Origin: a bacterium
Lineage (GTDB): Bacteria; Eisenbacteria; RBG-16-71-46
Length of the DNA stretch: 64,000 nucleotides
Direction: 5' to 3'
NCBI GenBank assembly: GCA_046076045.1
Contig: JBJTRI010000119.1
Coordinates: forward strand, 1,014-65,013
The position numbers and the translations under genes were made by a program. The notes below the pieces were generated by a model. The model saw only the letters and a list, made by a program, of their open reading frames with translations, was not told the origin of the DNA and ran no database searches. Below, in pieces: positions 1 to 9,436 of the stretch. The first letter of the stretch is position 1. Each line of letters begins with the position of its first letter.

Positions 1-610
1 CGTGGTGGACGACCACTCCAGCGACGACACCGCCGCGGAAGCGCGTGCGGCCGGCGCCGAGGTGGTGATCCGGCACGAGACGAACCTCGGGGTCGGGGCC
101 GGCATCCGCACCGGACTGCTCGAGGCCAAGCGCCGCGGCATCGAGTTCGCCGCCATACTGTCGGGCGACGACCAGCACGAGCCCGACGAACTGCCGCGCA
201 TCCTGGTGCCGTTGTTCGCGGGCGAGGCCGACCTCGTGCAGGGCAGCCGCTGGCTCCCGGGTGGGGCCACGCCCGGCATCCCGCCCGATCGCCGCTGGCT
301 CACGCGCCTCTACCCGATCCTGTTCCGCATCGCGAGCGGGTTCCCGGTGACCGACGGCACCAACGGCATGCGGGCGTTCCGGCTGGCCCTGCTCGACGAC
401 CCGCGCATCCGGCTCGAGCAGGACTGGCTCGACCGCTACGAGTTGGAGCCCTACCTGCTGTTCCAGGCCATCCGCGCGCGCTACCGGGTTCAGGAGGCGC
501 CCGTGACCGTCCGATACCACGGACGCGGCACCACCAAGATGCGGTTGTTCCAGGACGGGTGGCGGATCCTGCGCCCCCTCGTCTTCCTGCGCTTCGGCCT
601 GCGGCACTGA
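1..610 (+). CDS. Glycosyltransferase family 2, Dpm1/polyprenol-phosphate mannosyltransferase-like (5' end cut by window edge)
   Basis: ORF 2..610. GT2 Rossmann-like core (HETNLGVGAGIRTG, SGDDQHEPDE) and C-terminal amphipathic region typical of Dpm1-like enzymes. High GC3. Confidence 0.75.
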   Translation, partial: VVDDHSSDDTAAEARAAGAEVVIRHETNLGVGAGIRTGLLEAKRRGIEFAAILSGDDQHEPDELPRILVPLFAGEADLVQGSRWLPGGATPGIPPDRRWLTRLYPILFRIASGFPVTDGTNGMRAFRLALLDDPRIRLEQDWLDRYELEPYLLFQAIRARYRVQEAPVTVRYHGRGTTKMRLFQDGWRILRPLVFLRFGLRH

Positions 611-623
611 CCCCGAGGACCCG

Positions 624-1586
624 ATGATCGAACTCCAGGACGCGCGCGTGCTCGTGACGGGCGGCGCCGGCTTCGTCGGCAGCAATCTCGTGAAGCGCCT
701 CATGCGTGAGGGCGCCCGCGTCACCGTGCTCGACGACCTGTTCACCGGCCGGCTCGACAACCTGCCCGCGACCGGCTTCGAGTTCGTGCACGGCTCGGTG
801 TGCGACGCTGCGCTCGTGGACCGCGTGGTGGCCGAGGCGGAGGTCGTGTTCCACGCAGCGGCGCGCAACATCGTGGTCTCGACGCGCAACCCGCGCGAGG
901 ACTTCGAGACCAACATCGGCGGGACGCTCAACGTGCTCATGGCGGCCCGCGCCGCGCAGAACCGAGTGAAGCGCGTGCTCTACACCTCGTCCACCTCGGT
1001 GTACGGCAACCCGCGCTACCTGCCCATCAACGAGGACGACCACCTCTCGTTGCTCACGCCGTACGCCGTCTCGAAGCTCGGGGGCGAGAACTACTGCATG
1101 GCGTTCTACGAGAGCTACGGCGTGCCCACGGCTGCGGTGCGCTACTCGAACGTCTACGGGCCCGGGCAGGACCCGGCCAACCCGTATTGCGGCGTGGTGG
1201 CCAAGTTCATCGAGTGCCTGTTCGAGGGCAAGGCACCCATGATCCACGGCGACGGCGAGCAGACGCGCGACTTCACGTTCGTGGACGATGCGGTCGAGGC
1301 CACCGTGCTCGCAGCGCGCTCGGATCGCGCGCTCGGCGAGGTCTTCAACGTCGGCACGGGCGTCGAGACGCGCGTGAACGAACTGGCCGCGACGCTCATC
1401 CGCATCCTCGGGGTGGACGTCCGCCCGCAGCACGCGAACCGGCGCGACATCGACAACATCCGGCGGCGCGTGGTGAACATCGAGAAGACCCGCCGCGCGC
1501 TGCGCTGGGTGCCCAGCATGACGTTGGAGAACGGCTTGCGGGCCACGGTGGAGTGGCAGAAGGCCAAGGGCTCCGGGAACTCCTGA
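624..1586 (+). CDS. NAD-dependent epimerase/dehydratase (extended SDR; UDP-sugar 4-epimerase / UDP-glucuronate decarboxylase-like)
   Basis: N-terminal VLVTGGAGFVGSNLVKRL Rossmann motif and YxxxK (YAVSK). 320 aa. Confidence 0.85.
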   Translation: MIELQDARVLVTGGAGFVGSNLVKRLMREGARVTVLDDLFTGRLDNLPATGFEFVHGSVCDAALVDRVVAEAEVVFHAAARNIVVSTRNPREDFETNIGGTLNVLMAARAAQNRVKRVLYTSSTSVYGNPRYLPINEDDHLSLLTPYAVSKLGGENYCMAFYESYGVPTAAVRYSNVYGPGQDPANPYCGVVAKFIECLFEGKAPMIHGDGEQTRDFTFVDDAVEATVLAARSDRALGEVFNVGTGVETRVNELAATLIRILGVDVRPQHANRRDIDNIRRRVVNIEKTRRALRWVPSMTLENGLRATVEWQKAKGSGNS

Positions 1587-2230
1587 CCTTCGGGTCGGTA
1601 GAGGGCCGGGGGCGGGGCCCGCAGGGTCGGTCGGAGCCCGGTCCTGGCAGCGTCTCGGGGCGGACGAAGTCCGGCCATGGGGGGGCCTCGAGGGCCGGCG
1701 CGGGCACCCGTTACAAGGCGTTGTCATGGCGTGGATTGCCGGGCGTCGAGCGGCCGGAGGGTGTCGTCGGGGGGATCGGGGCCGCCGAGAGCGAACGAAC
1801 CCCGGCGGGGAGGGACGGGCATCCTGCACGATGCGGCCCCGTGGGTTTCGCACGACCTCACCCACCCCGTGCTCCGAACGGCACAAGATTCCCCATTCCA
1901 CCGTTGAATCCCGTCCCACCGCGTTGCTAACATGGACTTGTCGGACCGGGTGCGCATTCCTCTACATGGAGAAACCACTGACGAACCTTGGCTAACTGGG
2001 TGTGTAGCACCACGAGCTCTGCCCCCGGACCCTCTCGGGTCGGTGGGACCCGTCGCAAGGCGGGAAAGACATCTCGATACGACATCTTGGTTCCCCCCAG
2101 GCGCTCGTAGGCGATCACTCCAGGGCCCTTCTCACCGAGGACCTTGCTGGACGGAGTGTCGTTCGGGCCACGGGTCGCTTCGCGGACCTGTGGTTCCTCG
2201 TTTCGGGCGACGACAACTGAGAGTGCGCAG

Positions 2231-3142
2231 ATGGAGCCCGAACTCCTCGCGTCGATGTCCGGTCACGGGACCGCTCCCGTGTCGGAGACCGGTGCGAACA
2301 CCGTCCAGTCCGAGGAATCGTCGTCCGTGGAAACCCCGACCGACATCACCAAGCCGCACATCGTGCGACTGCACGCCGTGAGTGCGCACGCCCCCGTGGC
2401 GCCGCGCGCCCGCATCCATGCGGGTGGGTTCACCAACGGCCACGCGCGCCCGCGTCTCGTCGCCACGCCCCGCCTCGCCACCCATCCGGGTGCCGCGTCG
2501 GTCGAGGTGGTGCCGTTCGAGACCCCGGCCCCGCACACCCTCTACCTGCGCTTCGGCAAGCGCGCCTTCGACGTGCTGGCCTCCGCGCTCGCGCTGGTGC
2601 TGCTCGCGCCCGTCATCGCGGTGCTGGCGGTGCTCGTCAAGCTGAGCTCGCCGGGCCCGGTCTTCTACCGCTCGACCCGCGTCGGGCGCGGCGGGCGTCC
2701 GTTCACCTTCTATAAGCTGCGCTCGATGGTGAAGGATGCCGACCTCAAGCGCCGAAACCTCGCGCACATGAACGAGGCCGACGGTCCCGTGTTCAAGATT
2801 GCGCGCGACCCGCGCATCACCGGCATCGGGCGCTTCATGCGCTCGACGAGCCTCGACGAGGTGCCGCAGTTCTGGAACATCCTGAAGGGTGACATGAGCC
2901 TCGTCGGCCCGCGTCCCCCGATCCCCGAGGAGGTCGCGCAGTACGAGCCGTGGCAGTTGCGCCGCCTCGACGTGCTGCCGGGCCTCACCTGCCTGTGGCA
3001 GATCAGCGGCCGTAGCCGGATCGGCTTCCATGAGTGGATGCGCCTCGACCTCGAGTACATCCGCCACCAGTCGTTCCGCCTCGACCTCAAGATCCTCCTG
3101 CGCACGATCCCCGCGGTGCTGTCGCGGGAGGGTGCGTACTGA
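2231..3142 (+). CDS. Polyprenyl-phosphate sugar-1-phosphate transferase (bacterial sugar transferase, WbaP/EpsL-type) with unusual ~90-aa N-terminal extension
   Basis: C-terminal 200 aa match the bacterial sugar transferase domain (FKRAFDVL...TM...GPVFYRSTRVGRGGRPFTFYKLRSM...GDMSLVGPRP). Start uncertain: ATG 2231 has high GC3 downstream; an alternative GTG lies at 2507. Confidence 0.8.
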   Translation: MEPELLASMSGHGTAPVSETGANTVQSEESSSVETPTDITKPHIVRLHAVSAHAPVAPRARIHAGGFTNGHARPRLVATPRLATHPGAASVEVVPFETPAPHTLYLRFGKRAFDVLASALALVLLAPVIAVLAVLVKLSSPGPVFYRSTRVGRGGRPFTFYKLRSMVKDADLKRRNLAHMNEADGPVFKIARDPRITGIGRFMRSTSLDEVPQFWNILKGDMSLVGPRPPIPEEVAQYEPWQLRRLDVLPGLTCLWQISGRSRIGFHEWMRLDLEYIRHQSFRLDLKILLRTIPAVLSREGAY

Positions 3143-3165
3143 CCGAAACGCTCGAGCCCCCACCC

Positions 3166-4764
3166 ATGGCCCCACCCGTTCACACGGGTGCCCGGCCGGC
3201 CGACCCTCCTCGCCCGAGCTCCCTCGCACAGGCCCCGCCGCGCACGCTCCTCGCCGCCACGCTCGTGGCGGCGTTGTTGCGCTTGCCCGGCCTCGGTCGG
3301 CCGAGCCTGTGGATCGACGAGCAGTTCACGCTGCTCGCGGCCGGACTGCCGGGCCCGTTCGACCCGCTCGCGTTGCTGGGCGACGTGCACGGGCCGCTCT
3401 ACACGCTCGCGGTGGCGTTCGCGGCCGCGCTCGGGGGTGACGCCGAGTGGGTGCTGCGTCTGCCGAGCGCGCTCGCGGGCGTGGCGACGGTGCCGGCGAT
3501 GGCGTGGCTCGCCGGGCGTTGGCTCGGCCCGGGCGCGGTCGCACCCGCCGCGTGGCTCGCGGCCGGCTCCCCGTTCCTCGTGTACTACTCGCAGGAGTGC
3601 CGCAACTACTCGTTCGTGCTGCTCGCCACGGTGCTTTCGCTCGGCGCCGCGCTGGGTCTGCGCGACCGCGCCGATGCCCGCCGCGTCGCGGGCTGGCTCG
3701 CCACCGTGGTGGCGGGCGTCCTCAGCAACTTCGCGTTCGTGTTCGTCGCGCCCCTGCAACTCCGCCTGCTGCTCGCGCCGGGCGAGGCGCTCGCGCGTCG
3801 CCGTCGTCTACTCGCGGGTGCGATCGTGGTCGTGGTACTCGCGGCTGCCCCGTGGGTGCCCGCGGTCGTCGGCACGTGGGACTGGGCGCGACTCGTGCCC
3901 GGGCGCGAGGCGCCCGCGACCGAGACGGGACTGCGCGGCGAGCACACCTTCCACCCGGCGGCGATCCCGTTCACGCTCCACACCTTCACGTCGGGGTACG
4001 GGGTGGGGCCGAGCCTGCGCGAGTTGCGGGCCGGACCGGCCGCGGCCGTCCGCGACCATGCCCTCGAACTGGCGCTCGCGGCCGCGCTGTTCGCGGTCCT
4101 GGGCGGGCTCGGGCTGCGGGCGGTGGCGAGGCGGGGGCGACTGGCCGATACCCTCCTCTGGCTCGTCGCACCCATGCTCGTCGTGAGCTATTTTGCGACG
4201 ACCAACTTCAAGGTGTTCCACCCCCGGTACCTCGCGGCCGCGATGCCGTGCGTGTTGCTGGTGGTGGCCGCCGCGTTCGCGGATGCTGCTCCGCGCACCC
4301 GGCGGGTGCTGGCTCTGGCGGTCGCGTTGCTGTGGTCGGTCTCGCTCGCGCGTGGCGCGTTCGACCCGGACTACGGCCGCGAGGACTACCGGACGGCGAT
4401 GGCGCACGTGCGCGCGGGGCTCGTCCCCGGCGAGCGCGTCCTCGCGGTCGGGGCGCCCGAGCCGGTGGAGTGGTACGGACGCGGTCTCGAGGTGCGGCGC
4501 TTCTGGCTCGGCTACGCGAGCGACGAGGCGCGGCTCTCGCGGGCGTGGCGGGACTCGGTGGGCGCACCGCCCCCGGGGCTGTGGGTGGTGGCGAGTCGCA
4601 CCGAGGACCTCGACCCCGAGGGGCGGTTCGCGCGACGACTCGACGGCTGGACGAATGAGCAGGACCGGAGCGCGTTCGCCGGGGTGCGGGTCTGGCACCT
4701 GCGCGAGCGTGTGACGGAGGACGATTCGGCCGGCGTGGTCGGTCCGGCGCAGGGTTCCCGGTAG
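3166..4764 (+). CDS. GT-C fold integral membrane glycosyltransferase (PMT/ArnT family, GT39/GT83-like)
   Basis: About 10 predicted TM helices in the first 400 aa, then a soluble C-terminal domain. The N-terminal loop (RLPGLGRPSLWIDEQF) is typical of dolichyl/undecaprenyl-phosphate-sugar dependent GT-C enzymes. ATG 3166 lies inside longer ORF 3034..4764. Confidence 0.7.
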   Translation: MAPPVHTGARPADPPRPSSLAQAPPRTLLAATLVAALLRLPGLGRPSLWIDEQFTLLAAGLPGPFDPLALLGDVHGPLYTLAVAFAAALGGDAEWVLRLPSALAGVATVPAMAWLAGRWLGPGAVAPAAWLAAGSPFLVYYSQECRNYSFVLLATVLSLGAALGLRDRADARRVAGWLATVVAGVLSNFAFVFVAPLQLRLLLAPGEALARRRRLLAGAIVVVVLAAAPWVPAVVGTWDWARLVPGREAPATETGLRGEHTFHPAAIPFTLHTFTSGYGVGPSLRELRAGPAAAVRDHALELALAAALFAVLGGLGLRAVARRGRLADTLLWLVAPMLVVSYFATTNFKVFHPRYLAAAMPCVLLVVAAAFADAAPRTRRVLALAVALLWSVSLARGAFDPDYGREDYRTAMAHVRAGLVPGERVLAVGAPEPVEWYGRGLEVRRFWLGYASDEARLSRAWRDSVGAPPPGLWVVASRTEDLDPEGRFARRLDGWTNEQDRSAFAGVRVWHLRERVTEDDSAGVVGPAQGSR

Positions 4765-4796
4765 CGGACGCGAGGCGCGTCCCGGAGGTCTCCCCG

Positions 4797-6113
4797 ATGC
4801 GGGTGGTGGTGGTCGGTCTCGGTTACGTGGGTTCCGTGTGCTCGGCGTGCCTCGCCGATCGTGGTCACGACGTCGTCGGTGTGGACACGAGCGAGTTCAA
4901 GGTGGAGTGCATCCGTCGCGGTGAGAGCCCGATCGTCGAGAAGGGGCTGCCCGAGCTCATCGGCAAGGCCGTGCGCGAGGGCCGACTGTCGGCCACCACG
5001 CGCATCGCCGAGGCCATGCCCGGCGCGGACATCGTGCTCGTGTGCGTGGGCACGCCGAGCGCCGAGGACGGTTCGCTCGACCTCGGCCATGTCAAGCGCG
5101 CCTGCGCCGAGGTCGGCTCCGCGCTCGCCGCCATGGGGCGGTTCGTGACCGTGGTCATGCGCAGCACCATGCTGCCGGGCTCGGTGCTCGACGAGCTGCG
5201 GCCGGTGATCGAGCAGTCCTCGGGGCTGCGTGCCGGTGACGGCTTCGGGGTCGCCTACAACCCCGAGTTCCTGCGCGAGGGCACCGCGGTCGAGGACTTC
5301 TTCGGCGCCGACTACACCATCCTGGGCGCGGGTTGCGCGCGCTCGGGCGAGGCGCTGCGCCAGCTCTACCACGGCGTCGGCGGCGAGCTCATCGTGACCG
5401 CCATCCCGACGGCCGAGATGCTCAAGTACGTGAACAACTCGTACCACGCGCTCAAGGTCGCGTTCGCGAACGAGTTCGGGCGGCTGTGCAAGCGCGAGGG
5501 CGTGGACAGCCACGAGGTCATGCGCCTCATGCGGCGCGACACCAAGCTCAACATCTCGGGTGCCTACCTGTCGCCGGGCTTCGCGTTCGGCGGTTCGTGC
5601 CTGCCCAAGGACCTGCGCGCGGTGAACTCGCGGGCGCGGCGCCACGACCTCGACCTGCCGGTGCTCGCCAGCATCATGCGCTCCAACGAGCTGCACGTGT
5701 CCGAGTCGGTCGCGCTCATCGAGCGCTTCAAGAAGCGCCGGCTCGGGTTCCTCGGCCTGTCGTTCAAGGCCGGCACCGACGACCTGCGCGAGAGCCCCAT
5801 CCTGCGCGTCATCGGAACGCTCGTCGGCAAGGGCTACGATGCCCGCCTGCACGACCCGAGCCTCGACGTCGAACGCCTGCTCGGCGCCAACCGCCGGTTC
5901 GTGGAGTCGGAGCTCGCGTACCTGCCCGAGCGCCTGCGTCCCGACCTCGCCGAGGTGCTCGCGCACGCCGAGGTCGTCGTGATCGGCAACCGCTCGGCCG
6001 AGTACCGTACGATCGGTCCGCGCCTGCGCGCGGGTCAGGTGGTGGTGGACCTCGTCGCGGCACTCGACCCGTCCACGGTCGTCGCCGGGGAGTACCATGG
6101 CCTCGCGTGGTAG
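4797..6113 (+). CDS. Nucleotide-sugar 6-dehydrogenase (UDP-glucose / UDP-ManNAc 6-dehydrogenase family)
   Basis: N-terminal VVGLGYVGSV NAD-binding motif and catalytic GFAFGGSCLPKD motif. 438 aa. Confidence 0.85.
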   Translation: MRVVVVGLGYVGSVCSACLADRGHDVVGVDTSEFKVECIRRGESPIVEKGLPELIGKAVREGRLSATTRIAEAMPGADIVLVCVGTPSAEDGSLDLGHVKRACAEVGSALAAMGRFVTVVMRSTMLPGSVLDELRPVIEQSSGLRAGDGFGVAYNPEFLREGTAVEDFFGADYTILGAGCARSGEALRQLYHGVGGELIVTAIPTAEMLKYVNNSYHALKVAFANEFGRLCKREGVDSHEVMRLMRRDTKLNISGAYLSPGFAFGGSCLPKDLRAVNSRARRHDLDLPVLASIMRSNELHVSESVALIERFKKRRLGFLGLSFKAGTDDLRESPILRVIGTLVGKGYDARLHDPSLDVERLLGANRRFVESELAYLPERLRPDLAEVLAHAEVVVIGNRSAEYRTIGPRLRAGQVVVDLVAALDPSTVVAGEYHGLAW

Positions 6114-7302
6114 GGTCCTGCACCTGTCCGAGAACCTCACGCTGCCGTTCGACCGGCGCGTGTGGATGGAGCTGAACGCACTCAAGGGCGCGGGGTGGGA
6201 CGTCGCCGCCATCTGCCCCATGGGCGAGGGCGGGAGCGAGCCCTACGAGGTGTTGAACGGCATCCACCTCTACCGCTACCCGGCGCCGCCCGAGACCAGC
6301 GGGTTCGTGAGCTACGTCTGGGAGTTCCTGTACTGCTGGCTGCGCACGTTCGCCCTCACGCTGCGCGTCTCGGCGCGTCACGGCTTCGACGTCATCCACA
6401 CCGCGAACCCGCCCGACACGTTCTGGGCCATCGCGCTGCCGTTCAAGCTCGCGGGCGTGCGGTTCGTCTTCGACCACCACGACCTGTGTCCCGAGTTGTA
6501 CCTGTCGCGCTTCGGCGAGCAGCGCGCCGGGTCGCTGCCGCACCGCTTGCTGCAGTGGCTCGAGCGCATGCAGTTCGCGTGCGCCGACCTCGTCATCTCG
6601 ACCAACGAGTCGTACCGTCAGGTCGCGATCGAGCGCGGACGCAAGCCCCCCGACCGTGTGCGCGTCGTGCGCAGCGGGCCCAGCCACCAGCGCTTCGCGA
6701 CCGTGCGCGAGCCCGCGCCCGAGCTCAAGCGCGGTCGGCCCTACCTCGTGGCCTACCTCGGCGTCATGGCGCCGCAGGACGGCGTGGACCACCTCGTGCG
6801 CGCCGCACGCATCCTGCTCGACCGCCGCTCCGACGTGGCGTTCACGTTCATCGGCGCGGGCGACTCGTTCGAGGACCTCAAGGCGCTGTCGCGCTCGCTC
6901 GGACTCGAGGACGCCTGCCAGTTCACCGGGCGCATCCCCGACGCCGAGGTCGAGCGCATCCTGGCGACCGCCGACGTGTGCGTGAGCCCCGACCCCAAGA
7001 ACCCGCTCAACGACGTGAGCACCATGAACAAGGTGCTCGAGTACATGGCGTGCGCCAAGCCCGTCGTGTGCTTCGACCTGCGCGAGCACCGCCACAGCGC
7101 GGGCGACGGCGCGGTCTACGCCGAGCCCAACCGTGACGACGACCTCGCCGCGTGCATCGAGCGCCTGATCGAGGACCCCGCGCTGCGCGAGCGACTCGGG
7201 GCCATGAACCGCCGTCGCTTCCTCGACCACCTCGCATGGGAGCACAACGCCGGCGCCTTGGTGTCGGCCTACGAGGAGCTATGCGCGCCGCGGCGCGGGT
7301 GA
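6097..7302 (+). CDS. Glycosyltransferase family 4
   Basis: GT-B fold with a C-terminal EX7E-like region; 401 aa. Overlaps the upstream gene by 17 nt. Confidence 0.8.
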   Translation: MASRGRVLHLSENLTLPFDRRVWMELNALKGAGWDVAAICPMGEGGSEPYEVLNGIHLYRYPAPPETSGFVSYVWEFLYCWLRTFALTLRVSARHGFDVIHTANPPDTFWAIALPFKLAGVRFVFDHHDLCPELYLSRFGEQRAGSLPHRLLQWLERMQFACADLVISTNESYRQVAIERGRKPPDRVRVVRSGPSHQRFATVREPAPELKRGRPYLVAYLGVMAPQDGVDHLVRAARILLDRRSDVAFTFIGAGDSFEDLKALSRSLGLEDACQFTGRIPDAEVERILATADVCVSPDPKNPLNDVSTMNKVLEYMACAKPVVCFDLREHRHSAGDGAVYAEPNRDDDLAACIERLIEDPALRERLGAMNRRRFLDHLAWEHNAGALVSAYEELCAPRRG

Positions 7303-8462
7303 AGGTGCTGCTCGTCGGCAGCGGTCGCGCCTTCGGCGGGACCGAGCGCGTGCTGTGGGAGCTCGCGACCGGGCTGAGCCCGTCGCGCTACGAGGTCCGC
7401 GTCTGGTTGTCGCCCGCCTCCGGCGTGGACGAACTGGCGCAGGCGCTGGAGGCGAGCGGCATCCCGGTGGACCGGGTCGCCGAGGTGGACCGGCGCAGCG
7501 ACCTGCGCGGGATGTGGGACACGTGGTCGCGCCTGCGCGCGCTGCGTCCCGACCTCGTGCATGTGCACCACGTCTGGCCCGCGGCCGATCGCTACCTCGC
7601 CCTGCTCGCGCGCGCCGCCGGCGTGCCGCACCTGGTCGTGACCGAGCACATCACCGGGAGCTCGCACTCGGCCGGTCAGCGCTGGCTCAAGCGCGACGAG
7701 TTGCGTTCGGCGTCCGCGGTGACCGCGGTGACGGGGGCGATCGTGGACACGCTGGTGCGCGACTACGGCATCGAGCGCTCGCTCGTGCGCGTGGTGCCGA
7801 ACGGGGCCGACGTGCCCGACGCCGCGCGCGAGGAACCGCTCGCGCGCCAGTGGCGCGAGCGCTACCTCGCCACCCCGATCAAGCCGTTGTGGGTGATCGC
7901 CGGTCGCATCGAGGAGCAGAAGGGGCACGACGTGCTGTTCCGCGCGCTCGCCCCGATCGTCGCGGCGGGTCTCGACTTCACGCTCGTGGTCGCGGGCGAC
8001 GGCTCGCGTCGGCGCTGGCTCGAGCAGCAGGCGATCTCGAACGGCCTCTCGCCGCGCGTGCAGTTCGTGGGGCAGGTGGACGACATCGGACCGTTGCTCG
8101 CCGCCGCCGACACCGTGCTGCTGCCGTCGCGCTGGGAGGGACTGCCGCTCGTGCTGCTCGAGGCCATGGCGCGCGCACGACCCATCGTGGCGTCCGCGGT
8201 CGGTGGCATCACCGACGTGATCGAGGACGGCGTCACCGGGACGCTCGTGCCGCCCGACGACGTCCCCGCGCTGAGCGCCGCGTTGGAGCTGGCGCACCGC
8301 AAGTCCGACCGCGCCATGCGCATCGGGCGCGCCGCCGCGCAGTGCGTGCGCGAGCGCTACACGTGGGGGGCGGTGGTCTCGGAGTTCGAGGCCGTGTACG
8401 ACGAGGCCGTCGGCGCAGCGAGCGTGACGCCCGAGCGTCCCCCCGCCGGCGGCGCACGATGA
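7281..8462 (+). CDS. Glycosyltransferase family 4/1
   Basis: The internal ATG at 7281 (MRAAARVKVLLVGSG...) gives a typical GT4 N-terminus. It overlaps the previous stop, and the TGA at 8460 overlaps the next start. Confidence 0.75.
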   Translation: MRAAARVKVLLVGSGRAFGGTERVLWELATGLSPSRYEVRVWLSPASGVDELAQALEASGIPVDRVAEVDRRSDLRGMWDTWSRLRALRPDLVHVHHVWPAADRYLALLARAAGVPHLVVTEHITGSSHSAGQRWLKRDELRSASAVTAVTGAIVDTLVRDYGIERSLVRVVPNGADVPDAAREEPLARQWRERYLATPIKPLWVIAGRIEEQKGHDVLFRALAPIVAAGLDFTLVVAGDGSRRRWLEQQAISNGLSPRVQFVGQVDDIGPLLAAADTVLLPSRWEGLPLVLLEAMARARPIVASAVGGITDVIEDGVTGTLVPPDDVPALSAALELAHRKSDRAMRIGRAAAQCVRERYTWGAVVSEFEAVYDEAVGAASVTPERPPAGGAR

Positions 8463-9436
8463 GACTGGGCGTGGTGATCCCCTGCCACCGGCAGGAGCGC
8501 TTCCTGCCGCGCACGCTCGCCGCACTCGAGCACGCGCTCGCCGGTCGCGAGTGGGCGGGCGTGCTGGTGCTCGCCTCGCCGGGGGCCGACGCCGACCTGC
8601 TGCGCGTACCCGCGGGCTGGCGCGTGCTGCGCGCGACCGGGCCCGCCGACGCCGCTCCGCTCACGCCGGGTGCGGCGCGCAACGCCGGGTTCGCGGCGTG
8701 CGGGGGCGACTGGGTGCTGTTCGTGGACGCCGACGTCGAGGTGGAGCGCGCCTGGCTCGAGCGCGCCTGCGACGAGGCGCGACGCGACCCCGAGCTCGCG
8801 GGTTCGTGGGGGCGCATCGAGGAGTGGTTCGTGGACGGGGCGGGGGAGCGGCCGGGCGTGCGCGACCTGTACCGCGTCGGCGACGCCGACGCCGAGGCGC
8901 GCTACACCGCCACGCTGTCGTTCTACCGCCGCGCCGCGCTCGAGGGCGTGGGCGGCTACGACCCGTCGCTCCACAGCGAGGAGGACTTCGAGCTCGGCCT
9001 CCGCCTGCGGCTCGCCGGGCTCCGCATGCGAACGCTCGCACCGCTCGCGGCGCGCCACTGGAGCGGCCCGCGCCCGAGCTTCGCCGAGGTCGGGCGGCGC
9101 TGGCGCACCGGGCTGTGCCTGGGGTCGGGCGAGGCGTTGCGCGCCTACCTCGGGCGTGCGGGCTTCGGTGAACTCGTCGCGCGCAACGCGCACTACGGCG
9201 CCATGCTCGTGCTCGCCCTCGCGGCCCCGGTCGCGGTCGGGCTCGCGGGCGCGCGCGGCCTCGCGGGGTGGGCGCTCGCCCCGCTCGCGCTGCTCGCGCT
9301 CATGACCGTGCGCAAGCGCAGCGCCCGTCTCGCGCTGCACTCGATCGTGACGTGGTCGGTGATGGCCGCGGGTCTGGTCGCGGGGTTCGTGCGCGGCGGG
9401 GCGGCGGCACCCGCGCCCGTCGAGGAGGTCGCGTGA
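8459..9436 (+). CDS. Glycosyltransferase family 2 with C-terminal TM helices
   Basis: Starts MRLGVVIPCHRQERFL (GT2 N-terminal motif) and has DAD and ED-like motifs. Its ATGA overlap joins it to the upstream gene. Confidence 0.75.
   Translation: MRLGVVIPCHRQERFLPRTLAALEHALAGREWAGVLVLASPGADADLLRVPAGWRVLRATGPADAAPLTPGAARNAGFAACGGDWVLFVDADVEVERAWLERACDEARRDPELAGSWGRIEEWFVDGAGERPGVRDLYRVGDADAEARYTATLSFYRRAALEGVGGYDPSLHSEEDFELGLRLRLAGLRMRTLAPLAARHWSGPRPSFAEVGRRWRTGLCLGSGEALRAYLGRAGFGELVARNAHYGAMLVLALAAPVAVGLAGARGLAGWALAPLALLALMTVRKRSARLALHSIVTWSVMAAGLVAGFVRGGAAAPAPVEEVA

Noticed and set aside
300-1919. 539-aa minus-strand ORF antisense to the epimerase gene
   Set aside because: Arg/Pro/Gly-rich low-complexity translation typical of the reverse frame of a high-GC coding region. 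It overlaps a well-supported SDR gene and has no recognisable motifs.
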